NCBI GenBank assembly: GCA_964551495.1
Contig: CAZKCA010000001.1
Coordinates: 34,384-98,383 of the forward strand
Source of the DNA: an uncultured Candidatus Saccharibacteria bacterium
GTDB lineage: Bacteria > Patescibacteriota > Minisyncoccia > Phycocordibacterales > DATDWN01
Direction of reading: 5' to 3'
DNA length: 64,000 nt
The notes beneath the pieces are model-generated. The model was not told the DNA's origin. It saw nothing but the letters and a program-made list of their open reading frames with translations, and searched no databases. The position numbers and the translations under genes were made by a program. Position 1 is the stretch's first letter. Every line of letters starts with the position of its first letter. Positions 58,172 to 64,000 of the stretch are shown here, piece after piece.

Positions 58172-58940
58172 AAAAAATAATAACTTTAAGAAAATACTTA
58201 TAATAGGAATTTTGGTTTTACTTGTTTTTTTAATATACAAAATAACTTTTCCATTCTTTAGATCTTTTGCTCATACTACAGCTGTTCCCGTCTGGACTTT
58301 TAGAGATTATGTTGCCAATTCTTTTGCTTCTATTGGTAATATATTTGAATCAAAAGATAGCTTGATAATAGAAAATGAAGTGCTAAAAGAGGAGATCAAG
58401 GGTCTTAAGTTAAAACAAATGGAATATGAGGTTTTAGTTAAAGAAAATTCAGAGTTAAAAGCCTTGTTTGGTAGGGATAATTTAAAAAACAAAATAATAA
58501 CAAAAATTGTTTCTAAGCCGCCTCGTTCTCCATACGATACTTTGATAATAGATACTGGAAGCAGAGATGGTGTTAAAAAAGATTCTCTAGTTTATATATC
58601 CAACAACGTGGTTGTTGGTAAAGTTTCTGACGTTTTAGAGAATACCTCTGTTGTTACACTTTTTTCTACTGGTGGCTACAAACAGGAGTCTATGTTAGAG
58701 AGAACCGGAGCAGTATTTGAATTAATAGGAAAAGGTAATGCAAACTTATCAATTGAATTGCCCAAAGACACTGATATTGTATGGGGAGATGTTTTTCTTT
58801 ATCCTTCCGTTGATTCGTCTATAATTGGCAATGTTTATTATATAGATACCAATTCTCAAAGTGCCTTCAAAACAGTTTTTATTAGAGTTCCAGGGAATGT
58901 TTTTGAGTCAAAATGGTTGTTTGTTGAAATCAATGAATAA
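58137..58940 (+). CDS. mreC: Rod shape-determining protein MreC
   Basis: N-terminal TM helix, coiled coil and a beta-rich C-terminal domain. Position between mreB and mreD/PBP2. Confidence 0.65.
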   Translation: MIRKMNYHLKSKKNNNFKKILIIGILVLLVFLIYKITFPFFRSFAHTTAVPVWTFRDYVANSFASIGNIFESKDSLIIENEVLKEEIKGLKLKQMEYEVLVKENSELKALFGRDNLKNKIITKIVSKPPRSPYDTLIIDTGSRDGVKKDSLVYISNNVVVGKVSDVLENTSVVTLFSTGGYKQESMLERTGAVFELIGKGNANLSIELPKDTDIVWGDVFLYPSVDSSIIGNVYYIDTNSQSAFKTVFIRVPGNVFESKWLFVEINE

Positions 58941-59184
58941 TATATATTTTAGAATAATTTTGTTTTTTGTTGTTTGGCTGTTTTTTCTAATTTTACCTTG
59001 GTGGTTAAATATTATCATTCTGGTGTTTTTAACTTTGTATCTCAGCAATTATTTTGAAGTATTATTTTTTGGCTCTCTTTTTGATATAATTTATTTCGGT
59101 GGAGAATATGCTTACTACGGGTTATTTATTTCATTAATATTTTTAGGAGTAGTTAGTTTATTGAAGCCGTATTTTAGAAATTAA
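58933..59184 (+). CDS. mreD: MreD-like small polytopic membrane protein
   Basis: Hydrophobic 83-aa protein between mreC and PBP2. Start is chosen at the internal Met overlapping the mreC stop. Confidence 0.4.
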   Translation: MNNIYFRIILFFVVWLFFLILPWWLNIIILVFLTLYLSNYFEVLFFGSLFDIIYFGGEYAYYGLFISLIFLGVVSLLKPYFRN

Positions 59185-60882
59185 ATGCTAAATCGTTTTT
59201 TCTCTATATTTAGAAAAAGAAATAAAAATTATAAATCTATTGATCCGGATGAAATTTTTATAGATTCTGAAAATCTTCCAGAATTTAATACGCATCAATT
59301 TGAAGGAAAAATAGAAAAACCAATCGGAAAAAAAGTTTTCGGTCTTTTTTATATTGCAATTTTTTTAGTGTGCGGAGCTTTTTCTTTTAAACTTTGGAAT
59401 TTGCAAGTTGTTGAAGGTGAGAGTTTTAGACAAAGAAGTGAAAGAAATAGTTTGAATAATACAATTATTTTTGCTGATAGAGGCAACATTTTAGATAGAA
59501 ATGGCAACAAAATTGTTTGGAATACTTTAAATCCAAATTCACCAGATTTTTCACTGAGAGTCTACGCTACTTCTACAGGACTTTCTACTACTTTAGGTTA
59601 TGTAAAATATCCAGCAAAAGATTCCTCAGGATTTTATTATCAGTATCAATTTGATGCTAAAGATGGTTTAGAAAAAATATATGATGATTATCTTTCCGGT
59701 ATAAATGGTAAAAAGATTGTTGAAACAGATGTTGCTGGACGAGTTGTTTCAGAGAGTTTAATAGAACCACCCATAAATGGTGATGATCTCCTCTTATCTA
59801 TTGATTTGGGTCTTCAAAAAAAATTATATGAAGCCATGTTAAATCTTAGTGACAGAGCTGGTTTTAAGGGTGGTTCAGGAATAATTATGGATGTAAATAC
59901 TGGTGAGATTTTGGCATTAGCTAACTTTCCAGAGTATGACTCTCAGACAATAACAGATGGACTGGAAAAAAACAAAATAAATAACTGGTTAAATAGTTCA
60001 GATAAACCGTTTCTAAACAGAGCAATTCAAGGTTTGTATACCCCAGGATCTATAATGAAACTTTTTGTTGGTTTAGGTGTTATAGAAGAGGGAATTATAG
60101 ATCCTAGAAAACAAATTTTAAGCACCAAAACAATTTCAATACCTAATCCATATGTTCCAGATAAACCTTCAATTTTTTCAGATTGGAAGGCACACGGTAT
60201 GGTTGATTTTAGGGATGCTATAGCTGTTTCTTCAAACATATATTTTTATGCAGTTACAGGTGGGTATAAAGATCAAAAAGGTATTGGTATTTCTAATATC
60301 CAAAAGTATGTAGAAATGTTTAATTTTGGAACAACTACTGATATAAATTTTACAGGTGAAAAAGAAGGAGTTGTACCAAATCCTGAATGGAAAAAAGAAG
60401 TTTTTGATGGAGAAATTTGGAGGTTGGGAGATACTTATAACACGGCCATAGGTCAATATGGTTTTCAAGTCAGTCCTATACAAGTGGCAGTAGCTGTTTC
60501 AGCTTTAGCCAATGAAGGCAAGATTCTAACTCCAACTTTTTTGAAAGGACAAAATCCTGTTGTCAAAAAAGAAATAAGTTTGAGTCCTAATAGTTACAGA
60601 ATTGTAAAGGAAGGCATGAGACAAGGTGTAACCGAGGGGACATCTTCTTCATTAAATGTTCCTTATGTAAAAGTGGCTTCAAAAACAGGAACCGCTGAAG
60701 TTGGAACACTCAAGAATTTTGTGAACTCTTGGGTGGTTGGTTTTTTCCCTTACGATAATCCAAAATATGCTTATGTTATTTTAATGGAAAGAGGTAGTAG
60801 TCAAAATCAATTTGGCGCTTCTTTGGTTATGAGAGAAGTTTTTGATTGGATGAATATATATACTCCGGAATATTTTAAATAG
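59185..60882 (+). CDS. mrdA: Penicillin-binding protein 2 (elongasome transpeptidase)
   Basis: N-terminal TM helix, PBP dimerisation domain and transpeptidase motifs (SIMK-type active site, ...SSN..., KTGTA). Confidence 0.8.
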   Translation: MLNRFFSIFRKRNKNYKSIDPDEIFIDSENLPEFNTHQFEGKIEKPIGKKVFGLFYIAIFLVCGAFSFKLWNLQVVEGESFRQRSERNSLNNTIIFADRGNILDRNGNKIVWNTLNPNSPDFSLRVYATSTGLSTTLGYVKYPAKDSSGFYYQYQFDAKDGLEKIYDDYLSGINGKKIVETDVAGRVVSESLIEPPINGDDLLLSIDLGLQKKLYEAMLNLSDRAGFKGGSGIIMDVNTGEILALANFPEYDSQTITDGLEKNKINNWLNSSDKPFLNRAIQGLYTPGSIMKLFVGLGVIEEGIIDPRKQILSTKTISIPNPYVPDKPSIFSDWKAHGMVDFRDAIAVSSNIYFYAVTGGYKDQKGIGISNIQKYVEMFNFGTTTDINFTGEKEGVVPNPEWKKEVFDGEIWRLGDTYNTAIGQYGFQVSPIQVAVAVSALANEGKILTPTFLKGQNPVVKKEISLSPNSYRIVKEGMRQGVTEGTSSSLNVPYVKVASKTGTAEVGTLKNFVNSWVVGFFPYDNPKYAYVILMERGSSQNQFGASLVMREVFDWMNIYTPEYFK

Positions 60883-60947
60883 TTTGACCCAAACGCTTTT
60901 TTGTTATAAAATAGCCAAATATTATTTATATATTATAGAAAACTTAA

Positions 60948-61406
60948 ATGAACGAAAAAGAATATCTTACTCAAGAGAAATTTGATGAATTTACTAAAGA
61001 ATTAGAGTTTTTAAAAAGTACAAAAAGGAAAGAAGTTGCTGAAAGTTTGGAATATGCAAAAGCATTAGGTGATCTATCAGAAAACGCTGAGTATCATGAG
61101 GCTAGAGGAGAGCAAGCCGTTGTTGAAGATAGGATAAACAAATTAGAGAACCTTTTGAAAAATGCGATAATAGTTTCTTCTAGTGATACTGGTGTAGTAA
61201 ACGTTGGTTCTGTTGTTACTGTAGAAAAAGATGGAAAGAAAGCTGTTTATACTATAGTTGGTTCCGAAGAAGCCGATGTTACTTCAAATAAGATATCTAT
61301 AAAATCTCCATTTGGCCAAGCAGTAATTGGTAAGAAAAAAGGAGAAAAATTTTCTTTCAATGCCCCTAACGGCGAAGTATCTTATTCTATTGTTGATATA
61401 AAATAG
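60948..61406 (+). CDS. greA: Transcription elongation factor GreA
   Basis: Coiled-coil N-terminus with acidic tip (GDLSENAEYHEA) and an FKBP-like C-terminus. Confidence 0.85.
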   Translation: MNEKEYLTQEKFDEFTKELEFLKSTKRKEVAESLEYAKALGDLSENAEYHEARGEQAVVEDRINKLENLLKNAIIVSSSDTGVVNVGSVVTVEKDGKKAVYTIVGSEEADVTSNKISIKSPFGQAVIGKKKGEKFSFNAPNGEVSYSIVDIK

Positions 61407-61451
61407 TTTTTATAATTCTGTGTTTTCTGTTAACATAAGATTATAAACAAA

Positions 61452-62903
61452 ATGGCAGGATTATCTGAAATAAGAGAGGCAAGACTTAAAAAACTAGAAC
61501 TTTTGAAATCAAAAGGTATTAATCCTTTTCCTTCTTCTGTTCCGCGAGATTTTTCCTTAAATGAAGTCAAGAAAGATTTTGAAAGTTTAGAAAAAAGCGG
61601 AAAAGAATTTTCTGTGGCAGGAAGAATTATGACCATAAGAGGTCAAGGAGCTATACTTTTTGCTGTTCTTTTTGATGGTACAGAAAAACTTCAAGCGATT
61701 ATAAAAAAAGATGAAATGCCTTCTGATCTTTTTGATTTATTTACAGAGGTTATAGATATTGGAGATTTTGTGTCTGTGACTGGCAAAGCCTTGACTTCTC
61801 AAAGAGGAGAACAAAGTATTTTGATAAATAAATGGCAGATTGCAACCAAAACACTTTTGCCTTTGCCGGAAAAATGGCATGGACTTCAAGATGTAGAGGA
61901 AAGATATAGAAAAAGATATCTGGATTTTTTGATGGATGATGAGGCAAGAGATTTGATTGTTAAAAAAAGTAAGTTTTGGGATGTAACAAGACAGTTTTTA
62001 AAAGAAGAAGGATTTTTAGAAATAGAAACCCCAACTTTGGAACTTACTACTGGTGGAGCAGAAGCCGAACCTTTCTTAACTCACCACAAGGATTATGATT
62101 TAGATGTTTATCTTCGTATTTCAGTTGGAGAATTGTGGCAAAAAAGATTGATGGCTGGAGGTTTTCCTAAAACTTTTGAAATAGGTAGAGTCTATAGAAA
62201 TGAAGGTTCTAGTCCGGAGCATTTGCAAGAGTTTACCAACATGGAATTTTATTGGAGTTTCGCTGACTTTAAAGATGGAATGGAATTGGTTAAAAAAATG
62301 TATAGAAAGATAGCTCTAGATGTTTTTGGGAAAACAAAATTTGAAACCAGAGATCATGAATTTGACCTAAATGATGACTGGAAGGAGATTGACTATTTAG
62401 AAGAAATAAAAAATCAGATCAAAATAGATGTCACATCTGCTACTTTGGAGGAAATGGAAAACAAGTTGAAAGAGTTGAATGTAAAATATGAAGGAAATAA
62501 CAAAGAAAGACTTATTGATTCTCTTTGGAAATATTGTAGAAAAAATATTTCTGGTCCTGCATTTTTGATAAATCACCCAAGTATTGTAGGTCCTTTGGCA
62601 AAATTAAATCCAGATGGAAAAACTGTTCAGATGTTTCAACCTATCATAGCTGGTAGTGAAGTGGGTAGAGGATATTCAGAATTAAATGATCCTATAGATC
62701 AAAAAGATAGATTTTTGGAACAACAAAATCTAATAGATAGAGGAGACAAAGAAGCCATGATGGCAGATTTTGAGTTTGTTGAAATGCTTGAATACGGCAT
62801 GCCTCCAACTTGTGGTTTTGGTTTTGGAGAAAGGCTTTTTGCATTTCTAGCAGACAAACCTTTGCGTGAAGTTCAAACTTTTCCACTAATGCGTCCAAGG
62901 TAG
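61452..62903 (+). CDS. lysS: Lysine--tRNA ligase (class II)
   Basis: OB-fold N-domain, motif 2 (FEIGRVYRNEG) and motif 3 (GFGFGERL). Confidence 0.9.
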   Translation: MAGLSEIREARLKKLELLKSKGINPFPSSVPRDFSLNEVKKDFESLEKSGKEFSVAGRIMTIRGQGAILFAVLFDGTEKLQAIIKKDEMPSDLFDLFTEVIDIGDFVSVTGKALTSQRGEQSILINKWQIATKTLLPLPEKWHGLQDVEERYRKRYLDFLMDDEARDLIVKKSKFWDVTRQFLKEEGFLEIETPTLELTTGGAEAEPFLTHHKDYDLDVYLRISVGELWQKRLMAGGFPKTFEIGRVYRNEGSSPEHLQEFTNMEFYWSFADFKDGMELVKKMYRKIALDVFGKTKFETRDHEFDLNDDWKEIDYLEEIKNQIKIDVTSATLEEMENKLKELNVKYEGNNKERLIDSLWKYCRKNISGPAFLINHPSIVGPLAKLNPDGKTVQMFQPIIAGSEVGRGYSELNDPIDQKDRFLEQQNLIDRGDKEAMMADFEFVEMLEYGMPPTCGFGFGERLFAFLADKPLREVQTFPLMRPR

Positions 62904-62956
62904 TATTTACAAATTTTTATAGTAGGAGTAAATTATTATAAGGAAAGGAGGTTTCA

Positions 62957-63082
62957 GTGGCTCCTGTTACCAAAAAGCTTCTGGAATCTCAGAGAAGAGA
63001 GAAAAGAACTCCAACCCAGCTGGAGATTCTAATGAGAAGGAATCAACACGACCGAAGAGGTCGTAGATTCAGAACTCGTTAA
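62957..63082 (+). CDS. Putative small basic protein (41 aa), GTG start
   Basis: Strong AGGAAAGGAGG Shine-Dalgarno 7 nt upstream. The terminator gtcccccaactg...cagtcgggggac+TTTT follows. Product VAPVTKKLLESQRREKRTPTQLEILMRRNQHDRRGRRFRTR. Confidence 0.3.
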   Translation: MAPVTKKLLESQRREKRTPTQLEILMRRNQHDRRGRRFRTR

Positions 63083-63257
63083 GTGATTTTGTCCCCCAAC
63101 TGTAGAAAGGCAGTCGGGGGACTTTTCTATTAAAAAATCTAGATAAAATCTAGGTTTTTTCTTATCCACAGAAAAGTGTTTACTTGTGTTTTCTGGTGGG
63201 AGAAAGTGGTATATAATTATAATCAAGTGGGATGAAGTGGGATAAACAATTTTTAAT

Positions 63258-63692
63258 ATGTTAATCGGCGAATATACACACAGCATAGACGACAAGAACA
63301 GGATTTCGCTTCCAGCGAAGTTTCGTTCTGAAATGGGGAAGAAAATGGTCGTAACCCCAGGGCTGGATGCTTGTTTGTTCGTTTTCACTCACAAAGAATG
63401 GCAAAAGATAGAAGAAAAATTAAATCAATCTTCTCTTTTGCAAGCTGACAATAGAAGTTTCAATCGTTTTATGTTTGCTGGCGCGGTTGAAGTGGAAGTT
63501 GATTCAGCAGGAAGAATTCTTATTCCGGACTTTCTAAAAGAAAGAGCTCATCTAAAAAACAAAGTTGTTTTTATAGGAGTTTCTAGTCGATTGGAAATTT
63601 GGAATGAGAAAACTTGGTCTGAATACAAGAAGGTTGTTGAAAAACAAGCTGACACTTTGGCAGAAAAACTTGGTCAGGTTGGTGTTCTATAA
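63258..63692 (+). CDS. mraZ: Transcriptional regulator MraZ
   Basis: Duplicated MraZ DxxxR units (IDDKNRISLPAKFR..., VDSAGRILIPDFL...). Confidence 0.85.
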   Translation: MLIGEYTHSIDDKNRISLPAKFRSEMGKKMVVTPGLDACLFVFTHKEWQKIEEKLNQSSLLQADNRSFNRFMFAGAVEVEVDSAGRILIPDFLKERAHLKNKVVFIGVSSRLEIWNEKTWSEYKKVVEKQADTLAEKLGQVGVL

Positions 63693-63700
63693 CTATCTTT

Positions 63701-64000
63701 ATGCAGCACAAAACAGTACTTTTACATCAATCTATAGATAACTTGGATATATCTTCTGGAGATATATTTGTGGATGGCACTTTGGGTAATGGAGGACATA
63801 CCGAAGAAGTTTGCAAGAGGTTTGGTAATAATGTTTCTATATTTGCTATTGATCAAGATGAAGATGCTTTAGAGAGGTCTAAAAAAAGATTGTCTGAATA
63901 TAAAAATATAAATTATATTTTGGGCAATTTTAGAGATATAGATACATTACTTATTTCAAATGGTGTAACTGAAGTAGACGGTATATTACTTGACATTGGG
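63701..64000 (+). CDS. rsmH: 16S rRNA (cytosine1402-N4)-methyltransferase RsmH, N-terminal part (continues beyond the window)
   Basis: HKTVLLHQSIDNL...DGTLGNGGHTEEV...FAIDQDEDAL is the RsmH/MraW N-terminus. Sits directly after mraZ. Confidence 0.8.
   Translation, partial: MQHKTVLLHQSIDNLDISSGDIFVDGTLGNGGHTEEVCKRFGNNVSIFAIDQDEDALERSKKRLSEYKNINYILGNFRDIDTLLISNGVTEVDGILLDIG

Overview
This 64 kb window is AT-rich (about one third GC), reads in the standard genetic code and has a compact, reduced gene content that suggests a small-genome, possibly CPR-like, bacterium. It is mostly a housekeeping backbone. The 5' end carries the 3' end of rnhB, rpmF, a NusB–Nudix fusion, rnc, a short hinge-less SMC-like ATPase, DoxX, an FAD oxidase, rnr, rpsP, a KH-domain protein and trmD. 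The middle carries a Pif1-like helicase, ogt, rpoB–rpoC–dnaG–rpoD, an AddA/UvrD-like helicase-nuclease, DsbA-like, uppP, a DEDD exonuclease, hisS, truB-like, typA, eno, gpmI and an adk-like gene. The 3' end carries a DEAD-box helicase, tRNA-Asn, hpf, fmt–def–priA-like, two mreB paralogs with mreC, mreD and PBP2, holB-like, frr, rseP, proS, greA, lysS, mraZ and the 5' end of rsmH. The unusual content is non-coding. At least three families of short intergenic palindromic repeats (A, B and C, nine or ten copies in total) have closing stems that differ between copies yet stay complementary, which indicates selection for structure. Two roughly 360-nt GC-rich orphan RNAs (29040–29408 and 45435–45795) have near-consensus sigma70 promoters and intrinsic terminators but lack RNase P, tmRNA and SRP hallmarks. 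A tRNA-Asn is followed about 160 bp away by a degenerate copy of its own 3' end, bordering a GC-atypical accessory stretch (about 39.7–47.2 kb) with a high-GC PEP-CTERM protein, TspO, a Cys-rich protein, two hypothetical proteins, a divergent ClpP-like protein and a putative bL28. No CRISPR array, reverse transcriptase, integrase or transposase was seen.
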